A DNA stretch of 64,000 nt from Eledone cirrhosa (taxonomy: Eukaryota), in contig OZ024749.1 in the NCBI GenBank assembly GCA_964016885.1, forward strand, positions 20,646,001 through 20,710,000. The letters are read 5' to 3'. Each line of letters begins with the position of its first letter. The stretch's first letter is position 1. Made by a program: the position numbers and the translations under genes. The notes below the pieces were generated by a model. The model searched no databases and had not been told where the DNA came from. It worked only from the letters and a program-made list of their open reading frames with translations. Shown piece by piece: positions 42,620 through 57,600 of the stretch.

Positions 42620-45600
42620 TACCATACTGTGGTGCCTACTTACAGCTAGGTGGACTGAGCTGTTGACATAGTACAGTGGACTATACCAACTGTGGTACCT
42701 ACTTACATCTAGGTGGACTGTGACTGTTGACAGTACAGTGGACTATAACATACTGTGGTACCTACTTACAGCTAGGTGGACTGAGCTGGTGACATAGTAC
42801 AGTGGACTATACCAACTGTGGTACCTACTTACAGCTAGGTGGACTGTGACTGTTCGCAGTACAGTGGACTATACCATACTGTGGTACCTACTTACAGCTA
42901 GGTGGACTGAGCTGTTGACATAGTACAGTGGACTATACCATACTGTGGTACCTACTTACAGCTTGGTGGACTGTGACTGTTGACATAGTACAGTGGACTA
43001 TACCATACTGTGGCATCTACTTACAGCTAGGTGGACTATACCACAATGTGGTCACTACTTACAGCTAGGTGGACTGTGACTGTTGACACAGTACAGTGGA
43101 CTATACCATACTGTGGTACCTACTTACAGCTAGGTGGACTGTGACTGTTGACATGGTACAGTGGACTATACCATACTGTGGTACCTACTTACAGCTAGGT
43201 GGACTATACCAGACTGTGGTACCTACTTACAGCTAGGTGGACTGTGACTGTTGGCACAGTACAGTGGACTGTACCAGACTGTGGTACCTACTTACAGCTA
43301 GGTGGACTGTGACTGTTGACAGTACAGTGGACTATACCATACTGTGGTACCTACTTACAGCTAGGGGGACTGTGACTGTTGACAGTACAGTGGACTATAC
43401 CATACTGTGGTACCTACTTACAGCTTGGTGGACTATACCACACTGTGGTACCTACTTACAGCTAGGTGGACTGTGACTGTTGAAAGTACAGTGGACTATA
43501 CCAGACTGTGGTACCTACTTACAGCTAGGTGGACTATACCACACTGTGGTACCTACTTACAGCTAGGTGGACTGTGACTGTTGACAGTACAATGGACTAT
43601 ACCATACTGTGGTACCTACTTACAGCTAGGTGGACTGTGACTGTTGACAGTACAGTGGACTATAACATTCTGTGGTACCTACTTACAGCTAAGTGGACTG
43701 TGAGTGTTGGCACAGTACAGTGGACTATACCATACTGTGGTACCTACTTACAGCTAGCTGGACTGTGACTGTTGACAGTACAGTGGACTATACCATACTG
43801 TGTTACCTACTTACAGCTAGCCGGACTGTGACTGTTGACAGTACAGTGGACTATACCAGACTGTGGTACCTACTTACAGCTAGGTGGACTGTGACTGTTG
43901 ACATAGTACAGTGGACTATACCATACTGTGGTACCTACTTACAGCTAGGTGGACTGTGACTGTTGGCACAGTACAGTGGACTTTACCAGACTGTGGTACC
44001 TACTTACAGCTAGGTGGACTGTGACTGTTGACAGTACAGTGGACTATACCATACTGTGGTACCTACTTACAGCTAGCTGGACTGTGACTGTTGACAGTAC
44101 AGTGGACTATACCAGACTGTGGTACGTACTTACAGCTAGGTGGACTGTGACTGTTGGCACAGTACGGTGGACTATACCAACTGTGGTACCTACTTACAGC
44201 TAGGTGGACAGTGACTGTTGACATAGTACAGATGACTATACCATACTGTGGTACCTACTTACAGCTAGGTGGACTGTGACTGTTGACAGTACAGTGGACT
44301 ATACCATACTGTGGTACCTACTTACATCTAGGTGGACTGAGCTGTTGCCATAGTACAGTGGACTATACCAACTGTGGTACCTACTTACAGCTAGGTGGAC
44401 TGTGACTGTTGACAGTACAGTGGACTATACCATACTGTGGTACCTACTTACAGCTAGGTGGACTGAGCTGTTGACATAGTACAGTGGATTATACCAACTG
44501 TGGTACCTACTTACAGCTAGGTTGACTGTGACTGTTGACAGTACAGCGGACTATACCATACTGTGGTACCTACTTACAGCTAGGTGGACTGAGCTGTTGA
44601 CATAGTACAGTGGACTATACCATACTGTGGTACCTACTTACAGGTTGGTGGACTGTGACTGTTGACATAGTACAGTGGACTATACCATACTGTGGTATCT
44701 ACTTACAGCTAGGTGGACTATACCACACTGTGGTCACTACTTACAGCTAGGTGGACTGTGACTGTTGACATAGTACAGTGGACTATACCATACTGTGGTA
44801 CCTACTTGCAGCTAGGTGGACTGTGACTGTTGACATAGTACAGTGGACTATACCATACTGTGGTACCTACTTACAGCTAGGAGGTCTATACCAGACTGTG
44901 GTACGTACTTACAGCTAGGTGGACTGTGACTGTTGACAGTACAGTGGACTATACCATACTGTGGTACCTACTTACAGCTAGGTGGACTGAGATGTTGACA
45001 TAGTACAGTGGACTATACCATACTGTGGTACCTACTTACAGCTCGGTGGACTGTGACTGTTGACTGTACAGTGGACTATACCATAGTGTGGTACCTACTT
45101 ACAGCTAGGTGGTCTGTGACTGTTGGCACAGTAAAGTGGACTATACCATACTGTGGTACCTACTTACAGCTAGCTGGACTGTGACTGTTGACAGTACAGT
45201 GGATTATACGAGACTGTGGTCCCTACTTACAGCTAGGTGGACTGTGACTGTTGACAGTACAGTGGACTATACCAGACTGTGGTACCTACTTACAGCTAGG
45301 TGGACTGTGACTGTTGGCAGTACAGTGGACTATACGATACTGTGGTACCTACTTACAGCTAGGTGGACTGTGACTGTTGGCACAGTACAGTGGACTATAC
45401 CAGACTGTGGTACCTACTTACAGCTAGCTGGACTGTGACTGTTGACAGTACAGTGGACTATACCAACTGTGGTACCTACTTACAGCTAGGTGGACTGTGA
45501 CTGTTGACAGTACAGTGGACTATACCATACTGTGGTACCTACTTACAGCTAGCTGGACTTAGACTGTTGACAGTACGGTGGACTATACCAGACTGTGGTA

Positions 45601-48600
45601 CCTACTTACAGCTAGGTGGACTGAGCTGTTGACATAGTACAGTGGACTATACCAACTGTGGTACCTACTTACAGCTAGGTGGACTGTGACTGTTGACAGT
45701 ACAGTGGACTATACCAACTGTGGTACCTACTTACAGCTAGGTGGACTGTGACTGTTGACATAGTACAGTGGACTATACCATACTGTGGTGGTGCCTACTT
45801 ACAGCTAGGTGGACTGTGACTGTTGGCACAGTACAGTGGACTATACCATACTGTGGTGGTGCCTACTTACAGCTAGGTGGACTGTGACTGTTGGCACAGT
45901 ACAGTGGACTATACCATACTGTGGTACCTACTTACAGCTAGGTGGACTGTGACTGTTGACAGTACAGTAAACTATACCATACTGTGGTACCTACTTACAA
46001 CTAGCTGGACTGTGACTGTTGGCACAGTACAGTGGACTATACCATACTGTGGTATCTACTTAGAGCTAGGTGGACAGTGACTGTTGACAGTACAGTGGAC
46101 TATACCATACTGTGGTATCTACTTACAGCTAGGTGGACAGTGACTGTTGACATAGTACAGTGGACTATACCATACTGTGGTACCTACTTACAGCTAAGTG
46201 GACTGTGACTGTTGACAGTACAGTGGACTATACCAAACTCTGGTACCTACTTACAGCTAGCTGGACTGTGACTGTTGACAGTACAGTGGACTATACCAGA
46301 CTGTGGTACCTACTTACAGCTAGGTGGACTGTGACTGTTGGCACAGTACGGTGGACTATACCAACTGTGGTACCTACTTACAGCTAGGTCGACTGAGCTG
46401 TTAAGATAGTACAGTGGACTATACCATACTGTGGTACCTACTTACAGCTAGGTGGACTGTGACTGTTGACAGTACAGTGGACTATACCATACTGTGGTAC
46501 CTACTTACAGCTAGGTGGACTGTGACTGTTGACATAGTACAGTGTACTATACCAACTGTGGTACCTACTTACAGCTAGCTGGACTGTGACTGTTGACATA
46601 GTACAGTGGACTATACCATACTGTGTTACCTACTTACAGATAGGTGGACTGTGACTGTTGACAGTACAGTGGACTATACCATACTGTGGTACCTACTTAC
46701 AGCTAGGTGGACTGTGACTGTTGACATAGTACAGTGGACTATACCATACTGTGGTACCTACTTACAGCTAGGTGGACTGAGCTGTTGACATAGTACAGTG
46801 GACTATACCATACTGTGGTACCTACTTACAGCTAGGTGGACTGTGACTGTTGACAGTACAGTGGACTATACCATACTGTGGTACCTACTTACAGCTAGGT
46901 GGACTGTGACTGTTGACATAGTACAGTGGACTATACCAACTGTGGTACCTACTTACAGCTAGGTAGACTGAGTTGTTGACATAGTACAGTGGACTATACC
47001 ATACTGTGGTACCTACTTACAGCTAGGTGGACTGTGACAGTTGACAGTACAGTGGAGTATACCATACTGTGGTACCTACTTACAGCTAGGTGGACTGTGA
47101 CTGTTGACATAGTACAGTGGACTATTCCATACTGTGGTACCTACTTACAGCTAGGTGGGCTGAGCTGTTGACATAGTACAGTGGACTATACCATACTGTG
47201 GTACCTACTTACAGCTAGGTGGACTGTGACTGTTGACACAGTACAGTGGACTATACCATACTGTGGTGGTGCCCACTTACAGCTAGGTGGACTGTGACTG
47301 TTGGCACAGTACAGTGAACTATACCATACTGTGGTACCTACTTACAGCTAGGTGGACTGTGACTGTTGACAGTACAGTAGACTATACCATACTGTGGTAC
47401 CTACTTACAGCTAGGTGGACTGTGACTGTTGGCACAGTACAGTGGACTATACCATACTGTGGTACCTACTTACAGCTAGGTGGACTGTGACTGTTGACAT
47501 AGTACAGTGGACTATACCATACTGTTGTACCTACTTACAGCTAGGTGGACTGTGACTGTTGACATAGTACAGTGGACTATACCAACTGTGGTACCTACTT
47601 ACAGCTAGGTAGACTGAGCTGTTGACATAGTACAGTGGACTATACCATACTGTGGTACCTACTTACAGCTAGGTGGACTGTGACTGTTGACACAGTACAG
47701 TGGACTATACCATACTGTGGTGGTGCCTACTTACAGCTAGGTGGACTGTGACTGTTGGCACAGTACAGTGGACTATACCATACTGTGGTACCTACTTACA
47801 GCTAGGTGGACTGTGACTGTTGACAGTACAGTAGACTATACCATACTGTGGTACCTACTTACAGCTAGGTGGACTGTGACTGTTGGCACAGTACAGTGGA
47901 CTATACCATACTGTGGTACCTACTTACAGCTAGGTGGACTGTGACTGTTGACAGTACAGTAGACTATACCATACTGTGGTACCTACTTACAGCTAGCTGG
48001 ACTGTGACTGTTGGCACAGTACAGTGGACTATACCATACTGTGGTATCTACTTACAGCTAGGTGGACAGTGACTGTTGACAGTACAGTGGACTATACCAT
48101 ACTGTGGTATCTACTTACAGCTAGGTGGACAGTGACTGTTGACATAGTACAGTGGACTATACCATACTGTGGTACCTACTTACAGCTAAGTGGACTGTGA
48201 CTGTTGACAGTACAGTGGACTATACCATACTGAGGTACCTACTTACAGCTAGCTGGACTGTGACTGTTGACAGTACAGTGGACTATACCAGACTGTGGTA
48301 CCTACTTACAGCTAGGTGGACTGTGACTGTTGGCACAGTACGGTGGACTATACCAACTGTGGTACCTACTTACAGCTAGGTAGACTGAGCTGTTAAGATA
48401 GTACAGTGGACTATACCATACTGTGGTACCTACTTACAGCTAGGTGGACTGTGACTGTTGACAGTACAGTGGACTATACCATACTGTGGTACCTACTTAC
48501 AGCTAGGTGGACTGTGACTGTTGACATAGTACAGTGTACTATACCAGATGTGGTACCTACTTACAGCTAGCTGGACTGTGACTGTTGACATAGTACAGTG

Positions 48601-51600
48601 GACTATACCATACTGTGGTACCTACTTACAGCTAGGTGGACTGTGACTGTTGACAGTACAGTAGACTATACCAGACTGTGGTACCTACTTACAGCTAGGT
48701 GGACTGTGACTGTTGGCACAGTACAGTGGACTATACCATACTGTGGTGCCTACTTACAGCTAGGTGGACTGTGACTGTTGACAGTACAGTGGACTATACC
48801 ATACTGTGGTACCTACTTACAGATAGGTGGAGTGTGACTGTTGACATATTACAGTGGACTATACCATACTGTGGTACCTACTTACAGCTAGGTGGAATGT
48901 GACTGTTGACATAGTACAGTGGACTATACCATACTGTGGTACCTACTTACAGCTAGGTGGACTGTAATTGTTGACATAGTTCAGTGGACTATACCATACT
49001 GTGGTACCTACTTATAGCTAGGTGGACTGTGACTGTTGACAGTACAGTGGACTATACCATACTGTGGTACCTACTTACAGCTAGGTGGACTGTGACTGTT
49101 GACAGTACAGTGGACTATACCATACTGTGGTACCTACTTACAGCTAGGTGGACTGTGACTGTTGACATAGTACAGTGGACTATACCAACTGTGGTACCTA
49201 CTTACAGCTAGGTAGACTGAGCTGTTGACATAGTACAGTGGACTATACCATACTGTGGTACCTACTTACAGCTAGGTGGACTGTGACAGTTGACAGTACA
49301 GTGGACTATACCATACTGTGGTACCTACTTACAGCTAGGTGGACTGTGACTGTTGGCACAGTACGGTGGACTATACCAACTGTGGTACCTACTTACAGCT
49401 AGGTAGACTGAGCTGTTAAGATAGTACAGTGGACTATACCATACTGTGGTACCTACTTACAGCTAGGTGGACTGTGACTGTTGACAGTACAGTGGACTAT
49501 ACCATACTGTGGTACCTACTTACAGCTAGGTGGACTGTGACTGTTGACATAGTACAGTGTACTATACCAAATGTGGTACCTACTTACAGCTAGCTGGACT
49601 GTGACTGTTGACATAGTACAGTGGACTATACCATACTGTGGTACCTACTTACAGCTAGGTGGACTGTGACTGTTGACAGTACAGTGGACTATACCAGACT
49701 GTGGTACCTACTTACAGCTAGGTGGACTGTGACTGTTGGCACAGTACAGTGGACTATACCATACTGTGGTGCCTACTTACAGCTAGGTGGACTGTGACTG
49801 TTGACAGTACAGTGGACTATACCATACTGTGGTACCTACTTACAGCTAGGTGGAGTGTGACTGTTGACATATTACAGTGGACTATACCATACTGTGGTAC
49901 CTACTTACAGCTAGGTGGAATGTGACTGTTGACATAGTACAGTGGACTATACCATACTGTGGTACCTACTTACAGCTAGGTGGACTGTAACTGTTGACAT
50001 AGTTCAGTGGACTATACCATACTGTGGTACCTACTTATAGCTAGGTGCACTGTGACTGTTGACAGTACAGTGGACTATACCATACTGTGGTACCTACTTA
50101 CAGCTAGGTGGACTGTGACTGTTGACATAGTACAGTGGACTATACCATACTGTGGTACCTACTTACAGCTAGGTGGACTGAGCTGTTGACATAGTACAGT
50201 GGACTATACCATACTGTGGTACCTACTTACAGCTAGGTGGACTGTGACAGTTGACAGTACAGTGGACTATACCATACTGTGGTACCTACTTACAGCTAGG
50301 TGGAGTGTGACTGTTGACATATTACAGTGGACTATACCATACTGTGGTACCTACTTACAGCTAGGTGGAATGTGACTGTTGACATAGTACAGTGGACTAT
50401 ACCATACTGTGGTACCTACTTACAGCTAGGTGGACTGTAACTGTTGACATAGTTCAGTGGACTATACCATACTGTGGTACCTACTTATAGCTAGGTGGAC
50501 TGTGACTGTTGACAGTACAGTGGACTATACCATACTGTGGTACCTACTTACAGCTAGGTGGACTGTGACTGTTGACATAGTACAGTGGACTATACCATAT
50601 TGTGGTACCTACTTACAGCTAGGTGGACTGAGCTGTTGACATAGTACAGTGGACTATACCATACTGTGGTACCTACTTACAGCTAGGTGGACTGTGACTG
50701 TTGACAGTACAGTGGACTATACCATACTGTGGTACCTACTTACAGCTAGGTGGACTGTGACTGTTGACACAGTACAGTGGACTATACCATACTGTGGTGG
50801 TGCCTACTTACAGCTAGGTGGACTGTGACTGTTGGCACAGTACAGTGAACTATACCATACTGTGGTACCTACTTACAGCTAGGTGGACTGTGACTGTTGA
50901 CAGTACAGTAGACTATACCATACTGTGGTACCTACTTACAGCTAGGTGGACTGTAACTGTTGGCACAGTACAGTGGACTATACCATACTGTGGTACCTAC
51001 TTACAGCTAGGTGGACTGTGACTGTTGACATAGTACAGTGGACTATACCATACTGTTGTACCTACTTACAGCTAGGTGGACTGTGACTGTTGACATAGTA
51101 CAGTGGACTATACCAACTGTGGTACCTACTTACAGCTAGGTAGACTGAGCTGTTGACATAGTACAGTGGACTATACCATACTGTGGTACCTACTTACAGC
51201 TAGGTGGACTGTGACTGTTGACACAGTACAGTGGACTATACCATATTGTGGTGGTGCCTACTTACAGCTAGGTGGACTGTGACTGTTGGCACAGTACAGT
51301 GGACTATACCATACTGTGGTACCTACTTACAGCTAGGTGGACTGTGACTGTTGACAGTACAGTAGACTATACCATACTGTGGTACCTACTTACAGCTAGG
51401 TGGACTGTGACTGTTGGCACAGTACAGTGGACTATACCATACTGTGGTACCTACTTACAGCTAGGTGGACTGTGACTGTTGACAGTACAGTGGACTATAC
51501 CATACTGTGGTATCTACTTACAGCTAGGTGGACAGTGACTGTTGACATAGTACAGTGGACTATACCATACTGTGGTACCTACTTACAGCTAGGTGGACTG

Positions 51601-54600
51601 TGACTGTTGATAGTACAGTGGACTATGCCATACTGTGGTACCTACTTACAGCTAAGTGGACTGAGCTGTTGACATAGTACAGAGGACTATACCAACTGTG
51701 GTACCCACTTACAGCTAGGTGGACTGTGACTGTTGACAGTACAGTGGACTATACCATACTGTGGTACCTACTTACAGCTAGGTGGACTGAGCTGTTGACA
51801 TAGTACAGTGGACTATACCAACTGTGGTACCTACTTACAGCTAGGTGTACTGTGACTGTTCACAGTACAGTGGACTATACCATACTGTGGTACCTACTTA
51901 CAGCTAGGTGGACTGAGCTGTTGACATAGTACAGTGGACTATTCCATACTGTGGTACCTACTTACAGCTAGGTGGACTGTGACTGTTGACATAGTACAGT
52001 GGACTATACCATACTGTGGCATCTACTTACAGCTAGGTGGACTATACCACACTGTGGTCACTACTTACAGCTAGGTGGACTGTGACTGTTGACATAGTAC
52101 AGTGGACTATACCATACTGTGGTACCTACTTACAGCTAGGTGGACTGTGACTGTTGACATAGTACAGTGGACTATACCATACTGTGGTACCTACTTACAG
52201 CTAGGTGGACTATACCAGACTGTGGTACCTACTTACAGCTAGGTGGACTGAGCTGTTGACAGTACAGTGGACTATACCATACCGTGGTAGCTACTTACAC
52301 CTAGGTGGACTGTGACTGTTGGCACAGTACAGTGGACTATACCAGACTGTGGTACCTACTTACAGCTAGGTGGACTGTAACTGTTGACATAGTTCAGTGG
52401 ACTATACCATACTGTGGTACCTACTTATAGCTAGGAGGACTGTGACTGTTGACAGTACAGTGGACTATACCATACTGTGGTACCTACTTACAGCTAGGTG
52501 GACTGTGACTGTTGACATAGTACAGTGGACTATACCATATTGTGGTACCTACTTACGGCTAGGTGGACTGAGCTGTTGACATAGTACAGTGGACTATACC
52601 ATACTGTGGTACCTACTTACAGCTAGGTGGACTGTGACTGTTGACAGTACAGTGGACTATACCATACTGTGGTACCTACTTACAGCTAGGTGGACTGTGA
52701 CTGTTGACATAGTACAGTGGACTATACCAACTGTGGTACCTACTTACAGCTAGGTAGACTGAGCTGTTGACATAGTACAGTGGACTATACCATACTGTGG
52801 TACCTACTTACAGCTAGGTGGACTGTGACTGTTGGCACAGTACAGTGGACTGTACCAGACTGTGGTACCTACTTACAGCTAGGGGGACTGTGAATGTTGA
52901 CAGTACAGTGGACTATACCATACTGTGGTACCTACTTACAGCTAGGTGGACTGTGACTGTTGACAGTACAGTGGACTATACCATACTGTGGTACCTACTT
53001 ACAGCTTGGTGGACTATACCACACTGTGGTACCTACTTGCAGCTAGGTGGACTGTGACTGTTGAAAGTACAGTGGACTATACCAGACTGTGGTACCTACT
53101 TACAGCTAGGTGGACTGTGACTGTTGACAGTACAGTGGACTATACCATACTGTGGTACCTACTTACAGCTAAGTGGACTGTGACTGTTGGCACAGTACAG
53201 TGGACTATACCACACTGTGGTACCTACTTACAGCTAGCTGTACTGTGACTGTTGACAGTACAGTGGACTATACCATACTGTTGTACCTACTTACAGCTAG
53301 GTGGACTCTGACTGTTGACATAGTACAGTGGACTATACCATACTGTGGTACCTACTTACAGCTAGGTGGACTGTGACTGTTGGCAGTACAGTGGACTATA
53401 CCATACTGTGGTACCTACTTACAGCTAGGTGGACTGTGACTGTTGCCAGTACAGTGGATTATACCATACTGTGGTACCTACTTACAGCTAGCTGGACTGT
53501 GACTGTTGACAGTACAGTGGACTATACCAGACTGTGGTACCTACTTACAGCTAGGTGGACTGTGACTGTTGGCACAGTACGGTGGACTATACCAACTGTG
53601 GTACCTACTTACAGCTAGGTGGACAGTGACTGTTGACATAGTACAGTGGACTATACCAACTGTGGTACCTACTTACAGCTAGTTGGACTGTGACTGTTGA
53701 CAGTACAGTGGACTATACCATACTGTGGTACCTACTTACAGCTAGGTGGACTGAGCTGTTGACATAGTACAGTGGACTATACCAACTGTGGTACCTACTT
53801 ACAGCTAGGTGGACTGTGACTGTTGACAGTACAGTGGACTATACCATACTGTGGTACCTACTTGCAGCTAGGTGGACTGAGCTGTTGACATAGTACAGTG
53901 GACTATACCATACTGTGGTACCTACTTACAGCTCGGTGGACTGTGACTGTTGACTGTACAGTGGACTATACCATAGTGTGGTACCTACTTACAGCTAGGT
54001 GGACTGTGACTGTTGGCACAGTAAAGTGGACTATACCATACTGTGGTACCTACTTACATCTAGCTGGACTGTGACTGTTGACAGTACAGTGGATTATACG
54101 AGACTGTGGTCCCTAATTACAGCTAGGTGGACTGTGACTGTTGACAGTACAGTGGACTATACCAGACTGTGGTACCTACTTACAGCTAGGTGGACTGTGA
54201 CAGTTGGCAGTACAGTGGACTATACGATACTGTGGTACCTACTTACAGCTAGGTGGACTGTGACTGTTGGCACAGTACAGTGGACTATACCAGACTGTGG
54301 TACCTACTTACAGCTAGCTGGACTGTGACTGTTGACAGTACAGTGGACTATACCAACTGTGGTACCTACTTACAGCTAGGTGGACTGTGACTGTTGACAG
54401 TACAGTGGACTATACCATACTGTGGTACCTACTTACAGCTAGCTGGACTTAGACTGTTGACAGTACGGTGGACTATACCAGACTGTGGTACCTACTTACA
54501 GCTAGGTGGACTGAGCTGTTGACATAGTACAGTGGACTATACCAACTGTGGTACCTACTTACAGCTAGGTGGACTGTGACTGTTGACAGTACAGTGGACT

Positions 54601-57600
54601 ATACCAACTGTGGTACCTACTTACAGCTAGGTGGACTGTGACTGTTGACACAGTACAGTGGACTATACCATACTGTGGTGGTGCCTACTTACAGCTACGT
54701 GGACTGTGACTGTTGGCACAGTACAGTGGACTATACCATACTGTGGTGGTGCCTACTTACAGCTAGGTGGACTGTGACTGTTGGCACAGTACAGTGGACT
54801 ATACCATACTGTGGTACCTACTTACAGCTAGGTGGACTGTGACTGTTGACAGTACAGTAGACTATACCATACTGTGGTACCTACTTACAGCTAGCTGGAC
54901 TGTGACTGTTGGCACAGTACAGTGGACTATACCATACTGTGGTATCTACTTAGAGCTAGGTGGACAGTGACTGTTGATAGTACAGTGGACTATACCATAC
55001 TGTGGTATCTACTTACAGCTAGGTGGACAGTGACTGTTGACATAGTACAGTGGACTATACCATACTGTGGTACCTACTTACAGCTAAGTGGACTGTGACT
55101 GTTGACAGTACAGTGGACTATACCATACTGTGGTACCTACTTACAGCTAGCTGGACTGTGACTGTTGACAGTACAGTGGACTATACCAGACTGTGGTACC
55201 TACTTACAGCTAGGTGGACTGTGACTGTTGGCACAGTACGGTGGACTATACCAACTGTGGTACCTACTTACAGCTAGGTAGACTGAGCTGTTAAGATAGT
55301 ACAGTGGACTATACCATACTGTGGTACCTACTTACAGCTAGGTGGACTGTGACTGTTGACAGTACAGTGGACTATACCATACTGTGGTACCTACTTACAG
55401 CTAGGTGGACTGTGACTGTTGACATAGTACAGTGTACTATACCAACTGTGGTACCTACTTACAGCTAGCTGGACTGTGACTGTTGACATAGTACAGTGGA
55501 CTATACCATACTGTGGTACCTACTTACAGCTAGGTGGACTGTGACTGTTGACAGTACAGTGGACTATACCAGACTGTGGTACCTACTTACAGCTAGCTGG
55601 ACTGTGACTGTTGGCACAGTACAGTGGACTATACCATACTGTGGTGCCTACTTACAGCTAGGTGGACTGTGACTGTTGACAGTACAGTGGACTATACCAT
55701 ACTGTGGTACCTACTTACAGCTAGGTGGAGTGTGACTGTTGACATATTACAGTGGACTATGCCATACTGTGGTACCTACTTACAGCTAGGTGGAATGTGA
55801 CTGTTGACATAGTACAGTGGACTATACCATACTGTGGTACCTACTTACAGCTAGGTGGACTGTAACTGTTGACATAGTTCAGTGGACTATACCATACTGT
55901 GGTACCTACTTATAGCTAGGAGGACTGTGACTGTTGACAGTACAGTGGACTATACCATACTGTGGTACCTACTTACAGCTAGGTGGACTGTGACTGTTGA
56001 CATAGTACAGTGGACTATACCATATTGTGGTACCTACTTACGGCTAGGTGGACTGAGCTGTTGACATAGTACAGTGGACTATACCATACTGTGGTACCTA
56101 CTTACAGCTAGGTGGACTGTGACTGTTGACAGTACAGTGGACTATACCATACTGTGGTACCTACTTACAGCTAGGTGGACTGTGACTGTTGACATAGTAC
56201 AGTGGACTATACCAACTGTGGTACCTACTTACAGCTAGGTAGACTGAGCTGTTGACATAGTACAGTGGACTATACCATACTGTGGTACCTACTTACAGCT
56301 AGGTGGACTGTGACAGTTGACAGTACAGTGGACTATACCATACTGTGGTACCTACTTACAGCTAGGTGGACTGTGACTGTTGACATAGTACAGTGGACGA
56401 TACCATACTGTGGTACCTACTTACAGCTAGGTGGACTGAGCTGTTGACATAGTACAGTGGACTATACTATACTGTGGTACCTACTTACAGCTAGGTGGAC
56501 TGTGACTGTTGACAGTACAGTGGACTATACCATACTGTGTTACCTACTTACAGCTAGGTGGACTGTGACTGTTGACATAGTACAGTGGACTATACCAACT
56601 GTGGTACCTACTTACAGCTAGGTAGACTGAGCTGTTGACATAGTACAGTGGACTATACCATACTGTGGTACCTACTTACAGCTAGGTGGACTGTGACTGT
56701 TGACAGTACAGTGGACTATACCATACTCTGGTACCTACTTACAGCTAGGTGGACTGTGACTGTTGACACAGTACAGTGGACTATACCATACTGTGGTGGT
56801 GCCTACTTACAGCTAGGTGGACTGTGACTGTTGGCACAGTACAGTGAACTATACCATACTGTGGTACCTACTTACAGCTAGGTGGACTGTGACTGTTGAC
56901 AGTACAGTAGACTATACCATACTGTGGTACGTACTTACAGCTAGGTGGACTGTAACTGTTGACACAGTACAGTGGACTATACCATACTGTGGTACCTACT
57001 TACAGCTAGGTGGACTGTGACTGTTGACATAGTACAGTGGACTATACCATACTGTTGTACCTACTTACAGCTAGGTGGACTGTGACTGTTGACATAGTAC
57101 AGTGGACTATACCAACTGTGGTACCTACTTACAGCTAGGTAGACTGAGCTGTTGACATAGTACAGTGGACTATACCATACTGTGGTACCTACTTACAGCT
57201 AGGTGGACTGTGACTGTTGACACAGTACAGTGGACTATACCATACTGTGGTGGTGCCTACTTACAGCTAGGTGGACTGTGACTGTTGGCACAGTACAGTG
57301 GACTATACCATACTGTGGTACCTACTTACAGCTAGGTGGACTGTGACTGTTGACAGTACAGTAGACTATACCATACTGTGGTACCTACATACAGCTAGGT
57401 GGACTGTGACTGTTGGCACAGTACAGTGGACTATACCATACTGTGGTACCTACTTACAGCTAGGTGGACTGTGACTGTTCACAGTACAGTGGACTATACC
57501 ATACTGTGGTACTTACTTACAGCTAGGTGGACTGAGCTGTTGACATAGTACAGTGGACTATACCATACTGTGGTACCTACTTACAGCTAGGTGGACTGTG

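Larger units (their letters stand above)
20440..42620. repeat. Large duplication: approx. 20.4-30.0 kb repeated at approx. 32.8-42.6 kb (offset 12.3-13.1 kb)
   Basis: Collinear ORF pairs 22772/35884, 23575/36623, 24253/37301, 24870/37855, 25906/38637, 26198/38929, 26616/39347, 28276/41073 and 28822/41619. Private indels are shared, e.g. ACTACTTACCTATTTAC (23881, about 36929) and GACTTCTTGA (about 27236 and 40032). Confidence 0.9.
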
